IMG/VR virus record: IMGVR_UViG_3300028591_000119
Coordinates: 32,001-96,000 of that record
Source of the DNA: a virus
Lineage: Duplodnaviria > Caudoviricetes
Strand: one strand, 5' to 3'
DNA length: 64,000 nt
Part shown: in pieces, positions 1 through 10,259 of the stretch
Layout: every line of letters begins with the position of its first letter
How positions within the stretch are numbered: position 1 is the stretch's first letter
The notes under the pieces: generated by a model
Told to the model about the DNA's origin: nothing
The model's database searches: none
Seen by the model: only the letters and a program-made list of their open reading frames with translations
Position numbers and translations under genes: made by a program

Positions 1-704
1 TCAGCAATGAATATACCTGAACTTTCTGTAGATGAAACTCCGCGTTTCAAATCAATTTTTTCAGCCTGATATTCTCCATCTTTAATCAATCTACATGGTG
101 GTAACCCGCATGTGGTAACTAAATCTGCTGGAGTAATAGGGTACATCTTATATTTTTTCACGTAAACCTTTCTACCATTCTGTTCTTTAACCACATAGTT
201 AGGAGTAGAAATACGACAAGAAGCACCATAGTTACAACCGTACATCTTAATATTAGGATGTACAATAGATGTACCAAGAGGAGCACAAAGACCAACTTTA
301 CCTGAGAAATGATCGCCTTTATCTTCAAGAGATAAAATATTCCAAGCATATCTTGTTGGTTCGATAAACATGAATCGCGATAGTTCAGCTTCTGCTGGTG
401 GATGTTCAAGTTCACCGTACATTGTACGGTTTCTAATATTTTCTTGTATCCAAGTACTTTCCATGAAGGAACGTTTAGTATCATCAGCAGGATAGAAATT
501 GTTATTTCTAGACAACATATCAAAATACATGAAATCAATATACCAAATTAAACCATCATCTGATACTATATTTTTCTCGGTAAAAGGAACAATTGATTCA
601 CATGATACAATAATTGGTTTATTAAAATCTAATAATTCAAATTTTTTAGATTCTGAAGAAAACCACTCAAAAGGAGCAGATTTCTTATCTCTATATCCTG
701 GCAT
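1..704 (-). CDS. Prohead (head maturation) protease, T4 gp21/phiKZ gp175-like; runs off the left edge
   Basis: Translated by hand from ATG 704 (GGAGG SD upstream). Motifs SRNNNFYP, YGELEHPP, YGASCRI and ADLVTT match the gp21-type NxNxRxYP/GELxHP/GxSSRG/DxV pattern. Confidence 0.85.
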   Translation of the reverse strand, partial: MPGYRDKKSAPFEWFSSESKKFELLDFNKPIIVSCESIVPFTEKNIVSDDGLIWYIDFMYFDMLSRNNNFYPADDTKRSFMESTWIQENIRNRTMYGELEHPPAEAELSRFMFIEPTRYAWNILSLEDKGDHFSGKVGLCAPLGTSIVHPNIKMYGCNYGASCRISTPNYVVKEQNGRKVYVKKYKMYPITPADLVTTCGLPPCRLIKDGEYQAEKIDLKRGVSSTESSGIFIA

Positions 705-735
705 ATAAAAGCCTCCAATTAACCTGATTTTTAAT

Positions 736-747
736 CATTATAATGTT
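736..747 (-). promoter_or_regulatory. Putative late promoter AACA-N6-TG (protease)
   Basis: AACAttataaTG; motif recurs before most structural genes. Confidence 0.6.
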
Positions 748-815
748 TTTATTTAAATCAACGTATATAACACATATATTATAAATATGGAGGAAAGGAA
801 ATACTATTAAATTCA

Positions 816-853
816 AAAAAAAAATAACCGCGTCTAATACGGTTATTTTTTTT
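816..853. terminator. Bidirectional intrinsic terminator
   Basis: A-tract, ATAACCG...CGGTTAT stem, T-tract. Confidence 0.7.
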
Positions 854-891
854 AATTTCAGAAACGCGATAATGCTTTAATTTGGGGGGTT

Positions 892-1122
892 TTATTTTAG
901 AATTTCTAAAACCTTGTAGTAATTATCTATTCCATGAATAAATAATTTTACAAGTTTACGTTTTCCGAAAAACCTAGGAACAGCCAATACAGTATCTCCA
1001 TCAAGGTCTATACCGGTTTCTTTCCAATCCTTACAACCATCGTTCTGATAAATAACGTTTATAAACTTTTTAAATCTAAATTTTATAAATTTTAAATTGT
1101 AATTTTTTTCTTTTTTGTTCAT
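892..1122 (-). CDS. Small hypothetical protein (putative early)
   Basis: GGAGGT SD before ATG 1122 (MNKKEK); TATATTGT upstream. Confidence 0.6.
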   Translation of the reverse strand: MNKKEKNYNLKFIKFRFKKFINVIYQNDGCKDWKETGIDLDGDTVLAVPRFFGKRKLVKLFIHGIDNYYKVLEILK

Positions 1123-1177
1123 TTTATACCTCCATTTATACAATATATAAAATAAAACTCTTACATTTTAATTTTTT

Positions 1178-1189
1178 GACATCATAATG
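1178..1189 (+). promoter_or_regulatory. Putative late promoter GACA-N6-TG
   Basis: GACAtcataaTG upstream of the giant ORF. Confidence 0.5.
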
Positions 1190-1223
1190 TATTAACATTA
1201 AAAGCAATGTTTTGGAGGAAAAT

Positions 1224-4200
1224 ATGCCCGAAACAAAGAAATATGTATCAATTCCTACTATAGATAACTGCAATTTGCCTACTTCTTTAATAAGAAAGTG
1301 TAAAGAAACGTATCGTAAATACGGTAAATATAAACTGTATGATGTTTTAAATGCAGATTTAAATAGTAAAATTAAATACAATACTGAAGAAAGAGATAGA
1401 TTTAAAAAGCTTGAACTAACAAAACGCTATCTTTATTTATACCGAAAAGCTATGGCTGAGACCATGGGGTTCGTATATAATGATGATAATCAACTTTCTT
1501 TATTAGATGAAGAAATTAAGGAATTCGATGATACCAATAAATGTCCATATTGTGGACAACCCTTACATAAATTATCTCAGATAGGTTTAATGAAGGGATT
1601 TCCTAAATCACACTTTAACGATGTATTTAAGAAATATGAACATCTTGTATTATTCAATAGATATCCTGAAAAACACTCTATAACTGTATCTCTAAAACAA
1701 TATCTTGATGATATTAAATTGCCTATACAGATAGGATATGAATTTGCATATTGGTCTATGACTTCTGAAAAACCTGTAGATATATCTACTCAACGAGTTT
1801 TAGATGATAATATTACTGATGTTTTAGATGATGAAACATATGCAATGTTATCAGAAGAAGATAAACGTAATCGTGTTAAATTACGTTCAGATTTAAGTAT
1901 TCTTAACTTTATTGATATGAATCCTGAGTCTGCTGATTATGGAAAATTATCTATATATGCAATTTATAAAAGTAATTCTGATAATGTTTTAATGCCAATT
2001 GTTAAAAAATATAATATCACATTAAACGATATATATTCATTATATTCCGAAAACATGATGGATAATAAACGATATAAAGACGCATTTGATTTTTTAAATC
2101 ACAAATCGGATTATTATGAATTCGGATATTTTGCTATCGATACAGATAAAAGTGTTTTAAAGGTGATTGATAAAGATAAAGACGTTAATGTTTCTGTAAA
2201 AGAATATCTTTATGAAAATTCTCATCTTGCTAATAAAGAAATCAGCTTAGATATAGTTTCAATATTCACGGCTAAACCTAAAATAAATAATGCTAATTAT
2301 GTTGATTTTGGAAAAAATATACGTCAATTAGCTATAGAAGTTTTAACCGAACCATATTTAATAGATACTGTTAGCAGCACAGATGCTGATGGTAATGTCA
2401 AAGTTGAAGAAGTAGGTAAATATACCTTCTTTCAATGGTCTATGGATGATGAAGCTTCAATATTTATTCTTGAAGATGATAGAAGTTTGGCTAAATTACA
2501 TGAAATAGATTCTATTATAGATAATAATAAAATAGAATTATATGCTTTATTTAAATACAATGTAGTAGTTGGAACAATGGCTTACGATGACGATTGTTAT
2601 TCTTCTGTATATAGACAATATAAAGGAATAGATAAAGCATATGATAAGAAAGTTTTTAATGAGTATCATTCTTCTATATATACAGGCGATAAAGCAAATA
2701 TCACTGAAAAACAGTATTCGTTATTACCAGATGAAGAAAAAGCTAAATATAAATTACAACGTTCGTTAGTTAGTTATAGAGGATATCCTAATGTAGCAGG
2801 TTCGGTTAATTCATATATTAAAGACGGTTTATTGAGAATAGTACGATGTGAATCTGATAATTCTGAGAATATAGATTCAGATGGTCAAGTTCAATATAAT
2901 AAATATAAAAAATATCAACCATATTCTCATATAAATAATGAACCTACTGGTGTATGTTTAACGTATTCTACTCCTGGTGATTTTGAAATCTGGTATAATC
3001 TTAATCGCGAATTATGGTACAGATATCTTAACGAATATGGTAAATCTAAAGTAAAAACTAAATGGTTAAATTCTAGTGATTTAAACGAAGAACCTAGAGA
3101 CAGTAAACCTGAGGACGATGATTCAAATTTATGGATTGAATATGTTTGTTCTAAGAAAATCGGTGTAACTGAATACATATCTCTTACAGATGAAAATAAA
3201 CTCAATTGTGAAATAAATAAAATATATTATGAACATGAATGGATAGATGTAACTGATAAATATATTCAAGAAGTATTTAACTGTCATTCTATAAAAGAAT
3301 ACAATAATAAAATTGGTATAAAAGATAGATCTTATGGTGTAGATACTCGTTCATTTGCCGATATAACCAATGAAACATATCGCATATATAAATATTGGTT
3401 AGATAATGATACGAATATCGATAAAACTGAAATAGATTTTGGAAAAGATTATGATATTATTTTAACTTCTAAATTTTTAAGAAATATAAATGATGATGGT
3501 AATTATTGGCTATATCCTATAAATGAATCTAATAGATTATCTTTCTTAAATCTATTAAATTCTGCTACACCGGAAAACAGTTCGGATCTATATTATAGAT
3601 ACGATAAATATATTTTCTTTAAAGATGATATAGTTGATAATCCATTAGAATATACTAGATTACGTCCTACTGATAGCACTGGTTCAGATAGATTAAAATA
3701 TACCCTAGAAAATGTATGGAAATGTTGTAGTTTTGAAAATGGGGATATATTGATTTATAGAAACCATGAATGGCTTAAAAATGAATCCGGTAATTATGTA
3801 GAAGATAATCCAAAAATAACCGTATCTAATCTTCCGATAGAACTACAACAAGCAGCATTTAAATACGGAGTATCAACATCATTCAATATTATAAATGATA
3901 TTGATAAATTAACTAATGAATATTTATTACGATATTCGGATATCATAATATCTGGTCCAGGTATAGATGAAGTAGAATACTATGATAGCTCAGATAAAGA
4001 AACTACTATCCCTGAGACAATAGTGAAAATACGTTATTCGAATATTAGAGAAAGTAAAAATACTTTAAATATTCAAAGAGAATATAAACGTCGAACTGAT
4101 TCTAATGGTGAAAGCGAACGTATTGATAATAGTGGTAGAGGCACACAAGTATATGCTTTAATCGATAAAGATATTATAGGTATAGATAAATATCTTGAAT

Positions 4201-7200
4201 TATCCCAAAAAACCGAAAATATTCAGAGCGTAAACGACAATGGTCAAACGATATTCACCCCAGTAAAAATTTATCCTGAATTAGAGGGTAAAACTCGAGT
4301 TGAACTTTGGATTTATTGGAATGATATAGTTGATATGATCACTGAAACTGGTATAGTAGAAACAGCTAACGGTCCAATAACCGTATTTGACAAAATTAAA
4401 CCACCTGAAAATAATCCTATAATTTACAGATTAGAAACCGATGATGAATTCACTTCAAGGGTAAATTATGCTACCGATAGTACAAATGATTTAGAAAACA
4501 ATCAAATTGATCCTAAATATAAATTTGAATATTATGGTAAAAGTATAGAAGACGACACACTAATAGTGTGGAGAGAAGAAAATAAAATGGATTTCTATAC
4601 TTCGTGGTATGCACAAGCGGATGTTGATATGTTGAATTCTTCAGGAGAACGAATCATATCTATTAGTGGTGGTTATCCTGATAAAAAAGGAAATTTTGTA
4701 CCTATTACGGAAACTTCTAGTAATTTAAGAAATACGACTATCAAATCCATTTCATATTCAGATGATGCGCTTTCTATTTTAGATGATCCTAATTCAGAAA
4801 CTTTACAACAAGAAAACGAACAGGAACAAGACACGCACGTGTGGTGGAACCAATATGGTAAATATTTAACTGGATCTGAGAAAAATAATTATATTGTGAA
4901 TGTCGGTATCAATTTTTCAGGTTGGGTATGGACAGGTTGGGATAATGTAGCGTTTTATGATAATGGTAAAGATAAATCCCTCAATATCGATGAATGTGTT
5001 TTAGGAAACGGCGGTTTAATTGAAGCATATCCATTTAATGATTTTGAAAATTATAAAAGTATGGGGTATCAAAGGGTAATATTTCCTAAAGAATACAATA
5101 AAACTTATGCTACTAAAATCGCTAAAGTATCTGGAAAAAATAAACTAGTAAATATAGCTGATTCTAATACTAAAGAACCTATTCGTTTACTTAGATTCTG
5201 TAATAATCAAGAATGTGAATTATTTAAGAAACGTTTAGATAAGTCTAAATGGTCATTCCAGAATTATGGTTCATATTTCTTATTAAATACTCCAGACAAT
5301 CAAGCTCATCCAGGTTTATCATTAGATGAAGCTATGCCGAATATAAACATTGACGGTTCAATGCCATCTAAAGACAAATATAAAACTGAAACTTCTCAAA
5401 TTAGATTTTTAAATTCTGAATTTGATTCACCTGATGCGACTGCTGCATTTGGTAGACGCGATGGAACTTCTGAACTAAGAAATAAAGAAGTCGTTATAGA
5501 TCCTGATAATGGTTCAGAAACATATCTATTACAAGGTTTCAGTTTAGACGTTTATCCATGGCATTATAAAAATCGTAAAGGCGATGATGATGATCGAGAT
5601 ATTAATACGCATAGTGGAAAAATTATAAAATATCTCATGCATTCTGTGGGCGGAAATGCTACTCCTAACGATTTAAGATTCGAATTCGAATATAAATATG
5701 CTACTGACGAATTTTCTATAAGTAAAATGAGTTCGTATACTAGTGATTATAATGTTTATAAAATTAAAGAACAATTGGATGCTTTAAAACAAATATCACA
5801 TGATAAATCAATAATTCCTCTTAGAGATAGACCTATTAAAGAATTCCAAGAGCAATATAAAGAAGTATTATTTAATACTTTTGAAAATACTTTAATACAA
5901 TTAAATAATTCTGAATCACCATATTCATTATTCAATAAAGAAGAATTATTAATAATGAATAGTATACTTACAGATTTATTTACGTTCAATAAAAATAATC
6001 CTAATTCTACTAATTTTATAGATTTCAAACTTGAAATAATTTCTCTAATGAATGAAATGATGGATTATGAATATTATAGAAGAAATTATTGGGATGAAAA
6101 TAAACAAAATAGCGAATATTTATTGAACAAAGAAATATTTGATAAGATACTAAATATATACGACCATAAAGAAGAAATAATAAATGGTGGAGAAATTGTA
6201 GCAGATGAAACTACGTTTAAAAATTTCTTTAAAGAACAAATCAAATATAAGACTATAAAATTAGACAATATCAATAGAAATATTTACGACAATAAACCTA
6301 TCAAACGAATGATAGTTAAACGAACATATAATGCATTAGTCGATACTACGTTATCAGAAATTATCCAATCATATGGAAATGTACCTGAATATTCAGACGC
6401 AACTGATGAAAACGGTAATCGTCTTGATAAGTTTGTTGGATGGGCTAAAAACGATATCGCTTCAGTTTATTGGAATCTTGCCGGTAATGAAGCTAACTAT
6501 CCTGTTGATAAAAATAAATCTATTGATTTGTATCTTGTGTATGATTTTGAAACCATTAAACTTACTAAAAATTTCTTAAATCTTGTTGAAGTATTTGAAT
6601 CTGTCAATAACAGTACTGTATATCTAAAATTTGATTTGGAAGAAGATGTAGGTACGATGTGGTATAGAGGTAAAGATGCTATTAAAGAAGAAATAAAAGA
6701 AAAATTAGCAGATTTACATGAACGAATCGCATTACCATCAGAATTCATGTGCTGTTTATTCAATTTTATATCTGCTCCAAAACGATATAATATTTATGCA
6801 GATGAAAATGGTAATATAAGTAGTTTATTCGTACCTTCAGGGTTAATAACTTCTCCAGATAAGCCTATAGGTTTATCTATAGCTAGAAAATCTAATGGAA
6901 ATAAATATAATAATGCGATAATAACTAAACCATGGAAATTAGCTAAAAATAATTCCAATAATCAGAACGTAAAAGAACAATATTATTTATTATACAATGA
7001 TAGTGAAATATTAGCATATTCATTTTTCAATAATGGTTGGATAACAGATATTTATGGTGAAGAACTCGCTAAAAAGAAATTTCCATTAATGAAATTTTCA
7101 GAAAATCCAATAAAATATGTTTTCCCTGAATCTAAACTATTAAAGATTATACCTGTTAGTACAAAAGAACATGAATCGGTACTTGTATTGATATATGATA

Positions 7201-8879
7201 AAGGTATAGGTTTAGTAGACGTATCTACCGGTTGGATAACAGATAACACGTCTGTAATAAGTTGTTTTAAATTATTTGGTTCAAATGACGTAAATATAAC
7301 TGATTGTATTTTAAATAAATTCAATCCTAATAAAGAGTCTTTAATAATCTTATCATCAGATCGTCAGATTGCTTCATATGATATAGATAACAATATTATA
7401 TATTCGTCAAATAGCGAATTACCTAATGCACCATTATTATTGGGAAGCAACACTAATATAGTTACCAATTTACAATCTCGTAGATTGAGTAGCAGCAGAA
7501 TATCTTCAGAAGTAGAAATAAACTCAGGTAATTTAGATGGATATTTACCTAATCATGTAGGTTTAACTATTGCTATTAAGGAATTAACTCCTTCCAATTA
7601 TGATGGTGATCCTTGGGTATTAAATAATGATGTTGAACCTAGTTTAAATCTACCTCAAACATTAACAGATTCACAATATGCCGGTATGAAAGACATCGAT
7701 AAAGAAAAATATCATATCCATCCTAAGTTAACAGTAAGATACGCCATGAATTCGCAACACGGATTCGATGCGGAACACGATGAAACACTGGATTGGACAT
7801 ATCGATCTTTATATATAGATGAATTCACTCAACATACTGAAGGAACATTTGAAATACTATATAATGGTGAAGTTATTTCTACTGAAACGTATTTTAATAC
7901 TTTATCAGATGAATTTAGACGTAAATGTAAAATCTATAAGCTAGAAACAATAAATTATACATTCGTAAGATTTACATTCAGTAGTAGAACAGGTACAGGT
8001 ATATATGATAGTGAATTAGATAGACGTATGACTAAACCTGTAACTCTTTATGCTTTCTACTATAAAACAGGCGAAACTGTTGATGAATATTATGGATATA
8101 AAATACTTCAAACTGAACATATAGTTAATGGTGAAGATACTATATATTCCGACGATTTCAATGAATACATTAAAGAGAATATTGTAAATAAGAACGATAA
8201 GTTTAATACTAACGTTGTTCCTGGGTGGAAAACAAATAATCCTCAATCTCAATACAAGAATAATGTAGTTAGCAGTATTCCAATTTTAACCAATATAACT
8301 AAAATATTCCCTATAAATGGATATGATGATGCTAATGAAAATAGATATATCTATCAATACATTATAAGTGATGGGGTTAAATCTCAGTTAATTCAATATT
8401 ATAACAATACATTATATATAATGGGTGAATATGATTACAACGATGGAAATGAATTAGTTGCTGTAAAATCATTACACAATGAAAACGAAACATATTTGAT
8501 TTATAAAAATCAAAGATTAGTAGTTTTACAAACTTACGAATATGTACCATCAGAGTATTCTATAGGTTTAAACAATAAAATAAAACTCATTGCTTCAACA
8601 GATGATCCCGAATCAGAAAACACATTAACGTATCTTACTGATGATAATAGAGTCGTAAATATTACATTTGCAATAAACAGATATAATAATACATCATCTA
8701 TATTTATCGGTAAAGATTTATCTAAATTCTACAAAGATAAAAATAACGTTAATATTATTAGTATGATAAACACAAATATAGAACAAACTGATAAATTTAA
8801 GTTTATACCAAACTATATGCGTTGGAGATACTATGAAGGAAATGATAAAAATAAACATTCACTCTCTCAAATAAATTAA
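1224..8879 (+). CDS. Giant hypothetical protein (~2550 aa), probably virion-associated
   Basis: 7.6-kb ORF; GGAGGA SD before ATG 1224; late-type promoter; CPYCG near N-terminus; no family recognised. Confidence 0.6.
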   Translation: MPETKKYVSIPTIDNCNLPTSLIRKCKETYRKYGKYKLYDVLNADLNSKIKYNTEERDRFKKLELTKRYLYLYRKAMAETMGFVYNDDNQLSLLDEEIKEFDDTNKCPYCGQPLHKLSQIGLMKGFPKSHFNDVFKKYEHLVLFNRYPEKHSITVSLKQYLDDIKLPIQIGYEFAYWSMTSEKPVDISTQRVLDDNITDVLDDETYAMLSEEDKRNRVKLRSDLSILNFIDMNPESADYGKLSIYAIYKSNSDNVLMPIVKKYNITLNDIYSLYSENMMDNKRYKDAFDFLNHKSDYYEFGYFAIDTDKSVLKVIDKDKDVNVSVKEYLYENSHLANKEISLDIVSIFTAKPKINNANYVDFGKNIRQLAIEVLTEPYLIDTVSSTDADGNVKVEEVGKYTFFQWSMDDEASIFILEDDRSLAKLHEIDSIIDNNKIELYALFKYNVVVGTMAYDDDCYSSVYRQYKGIDKAYDKKVFNEYHSSIYTGDKANITEKQYSLLPDEEKAKYKLQRSLVSYRGYPNVAGSVNSYIKDGLLRIVRCESDNSENIDSDGQVQYNKYKKYQPYSHINNEPTGVCLTYSTPGDFEIWYNLNRELWYRYLNEYGKSKVKTKWLNSSDLNEEPRDSKPEDDDSNLWIEYVCSKKIGVTEYISLTDENKLNCEINKIYYEHEWIDVTDKYIQEVFNCHSIKEYNNKIGIKDRSYGVDTRSFADITNETYRIYKYWLDNDTNIDKTEIDFGKDYDIILTSKFLRNINDDGNYWLYPINESNRLSFLNLLNSATPENSSDLYYRYDKYIFFKDDIVDNPLEYTRLRPTDSTGSDRLKYTLENVWKCCSFENGDILIYRNHEWLKNESGNYVEDNPKITVSNLPIELQQAAFKYGVSTSFNIINDIDKLTNEYLLRYSDIIISGPGIDEVEYYDSSDKETTIPETIVKIRYSNIRESKNTLNIQREYKRRTDSNGESERIDNSGRGTQVYALIDKDIIGIDKYLELSQKTENIQSVNDNGQTIFTPVKIYPELEGKTRVELWIYWNDIVDMITETGIVETANGPITVFDKIKPPENNPIIYRLETDDEFTSRVNYATDSTNDLENNQIDPKYKFEYYGKSIEDDTLIVWREENKMDFYTSWYAQADVDMLNSSGERIISISGGYPDKKGNFVPITETSSNLRNTTIKSISYSDDALSILDDPNSETLQQENEQEQDTHVWWNQYGKYLTGSEKNNYIVNVGINFSGWVWTGWDNVAFYDNGKDKSLNIDECVLGNGGLIEAYPFNDFENYKSMGYQRVIFPKEYNKTYATKIAKVSGKNKLVNIADSNTKEPIRLLRFCNNQECELFKKRLDKSKWSFQNYGSYFLLNTPDNQAHPGLSLDEAMPNINIDGSMPSKDKYKTETSQIRFLNSEFDSPDATAAFGRRDGTSELRNKEVVIDPDNGSETYLLQGFSLDVYPWHYKNRKGDDDDRDINTHSGKIIKYLMHSVGGNATPNDLRFEFEYKYATDEFSISKMSSYTSDYNVYKIKEQLDALKQISHDKSIIPLRDRPIKEFQEQYKEVLFNTFENTLIQLNNSESPYSLFNKEELLIMNSILTDLFTFNKNNPNSTNFIDFKLEIISLMNEMMDYEYYRRNYWDENKQNSEYLLNKEIFDKILNIYDHKEEIINGGEIVADETTFKNFFKEQIKYKTIKLDNINRNIYDNKPIKRMIVKRTYNALVDTTLSEIIQSYGNVPEYSDATDENGNRLDKFVGWAKNDIASVYWNLAGNEANYPVDKNKSIDLYLVYDFETIKLTKNFLNLVEVFESVNNSTVYLKFDLEEDVGTMWYRGKDAIKEEIKEKLADLHERIALPSEFMCCLFNFISAPKRYNIYADENGNISSLFVPSGLITSPDKPIGLSIARKSNGNKYNNAIITKPWKLAKNNSNNQNVKEQYYLLYNDSEILAYSFFNNGWITDIYGEELAKKKFPLMKFSENPIKYVFPESKLLKIIPVSTKEHESVLVLIYDKGIGLVDVSTGWITDNTSVISCFKLFGSNDVNITDCILNKFNPNKESLIILSSDRQIASYDIDNNIIYSSNSELPNAPLLLGSNTNIVTNLQSRRLSSSRISSEVEINSGNLDGYLPNHVGLTIAIKELTPSNYDGDPWVLNNDVEPSLNLPQTLTDSQYAGMKDIDKEKYHIHPKLTVRYAMNSQHGFDAEHDETLDWTYRSLYIDEFTQHTEGTFEILYNGEVISTETYFNTLSDEFRRKCKIYKLETINYTFVRFTFSSRTGTGIYDSELDRRMTKPVTLYAFYYKTGETVDEYYGYKILQTEHIVNGEDTIYSDDFNEYIKENIVNKNDKFNTNVVPGWKTNNPQSQYKNNVVSSIPILTNITKIFPINGYDDANENRYIYQYIISDGVKSQLIQYYNNTLYIMGEYDYNDGNELVAVKSLHNENETYLIYKNQRLVVLQTYEYVPSEYSIGLNNKIKLIASTDDPESENTLTYLTDDNRVVNITFAINRYNNTSSIFIGKDLSKFYKDKNNVNIISMINTNIEQTDKFKFIPNYMRWRYYEGNDKNKHSLSQIN

Positions 8880-8916
8880 AAAAAGAAGACTCGGAGCATT
8901 GCTCCGAGTCTCTTTA
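8878..8916. terminator. Bidirectional terminator between convergent genes
   Basis: AGACTCGGAGC-att-GCTCCGAGTCT. Confidence 0.8.
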
Positions 8917-8939
8917 TTATTAAATAAAAACTTAGTGAC

Positions 8940-9848
8940 TTATAGTGAAGACTTTAATCCGTGGCTTCTCAATGAAGATGAGCCTAAAGATGACGCAGAA
9001 GTATTACTTGTGGATGAAGAATATAGTGAAGACGTTCTATTCTTATTAATATTTAATAGACTTAATCTGCTACGTAAATTAGTTAACAACTTAGTCTGTA
9101 ATAATTTGCTTTCCTCAGGACTAGATGCCCTAAGATTAGTTAGATTTCTACTTTCCTCAAGTAATTGATTTTTTATCTTTTGTTTTTCACTTCCACTGTT
9201 CCATACTTTAGAGTTTTTACGTCGGTTTAACGCTCTATGTCTTAAATCTCGATCTTCTACTTCTTTCATTTTTTCATCTTGCGTAGAAAGTTCGTCAACC
9301 ATAGATTTATAATCCATATCACTCGAATCACAGAGCATATCGAGAACGTCTCTATAGAACAAACGGTGTTTATCCATATACATTATTGCATGATAAAGAT
9401 TTTCATCTATACCTAATAACAATGTAGGGTTTCTCACCTTAGGAGCATTCTTTAAAGAATATTTACTATAATAATTACTAGGAAGCTTTATCAATGCATT
9501 TCTTCTATTATAAGCATAGTTAAATGTAAACATAAACCTAGGATTATTATTAAATACACGTACATCATAATCTCGTATATTTTCATGTGTTTTCCATGCA
9601 CTATTTGGCGGAGTTAATTCGAATACTACATCATAAAATACCACATCCTCAGGGTATTTTTTATTTTCTTTAGAAGGAATATTGAAATAAATATAATATG
9701 TATCTTTAACTTTAGTCGCCGAAACTTCTATAGTACTTTCAACGAAATTTTTATATTTTTCCTTCAATTGTTCAACTAACGTTCTAAAACTTATCGCAGC
9801 AAATCCTGAACCAAATGGTGTAGAAATATCGTTAATTTTAATTGACAT
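8940..9848 (-). CDS. Hypothetical protein with Ser-rich C-terminus
   Basis: 302-aa ORF, GAGGT SD. Confidence 0.7.
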   Translation of the reverse strand: MSIKINDISTPFGSGFAAISFRTLVEQLKEKYKNFVESTIEVSATKVKDTYYIYFNIPSKENKKYPEDVVFYDVVFELTPPNSAWKTHENIRDYDVRVFNNNPRFMFTFNYAYNRRNALIKLPSNYYSKYSLKNAPKVRNPTLLLGIDENLYHAIMYMDKHRLFYRDVLDMLCDSSDMDYKSMVDELSTQDEKMKEVEDRDLRHRALNRRKNSKVWNSGSEKQKIKNQLLEESRNLTNLRASSPEESKLLQTKLLTNLRSRLSLLNINKNRTSSLYSSSTSNTSASSLGSSSLRSHGLKSSL

Positions 9849-9871
9849 ATTATACCTCTATCAATTCAATG

Positions 9872-10117
9872 TTAACCATATTGGTATTCATCTCTATACA
9901 TCAATATAGCAGTATTGATAATATCAAGAACACGCGTCCTAGCATCTCTAGTTAATACTCCCCCATATTTTCTAAAACACGCTTTGGCTATAGGATGTTC
10001 ACTTAATTTTTCATGATTTGACATGATATCATTGATAAACTCTGTTTCTTTGAGTTTTCTATCATTTTCTATGATATTATCATTAGCTTCTTCAAATATT
10101 TCGTTAGGTAATGGCAT
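9872..10117 (-). CDS. Hypothetical protein
   Basis: 81-aa ORF, AAGGAG SD, AACA-N6-TG at 10149-10160. Confidence 0.7.
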   Translation of the reverse strand: MPLPNEIFEEANDNIIENDRKLKETEFINDIMSNHEKLSEHPIAKACFRKYGGVLTRDARTRVLDIINTAILMYRDEYQYG

Positions 10118-10259
10118 ATTTTTCTCCTTTATAATAAGTTTATTTATACAATTTAATGTTTTTCAAAATATAATATTCTATTAAAATAATATATTATAAC
10201 AATGAAAACAATAAAATATTAGCATTCTTAAAACTTAGTAATGTTAAAGGAGAATTATT

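Noticed and set aside
158-708. ORF-track entries 158..538(-) and 499..708(+)
   Set aside because: Shadow frames of the real protease gene (<1..704, -).
4284-4292. GAGGGTAAA matching a mini-array spacer
   Set aside because: A single 9-mer match is plausible by chance in 64 kb, and the partner spacer does not match the adjacent sequence.
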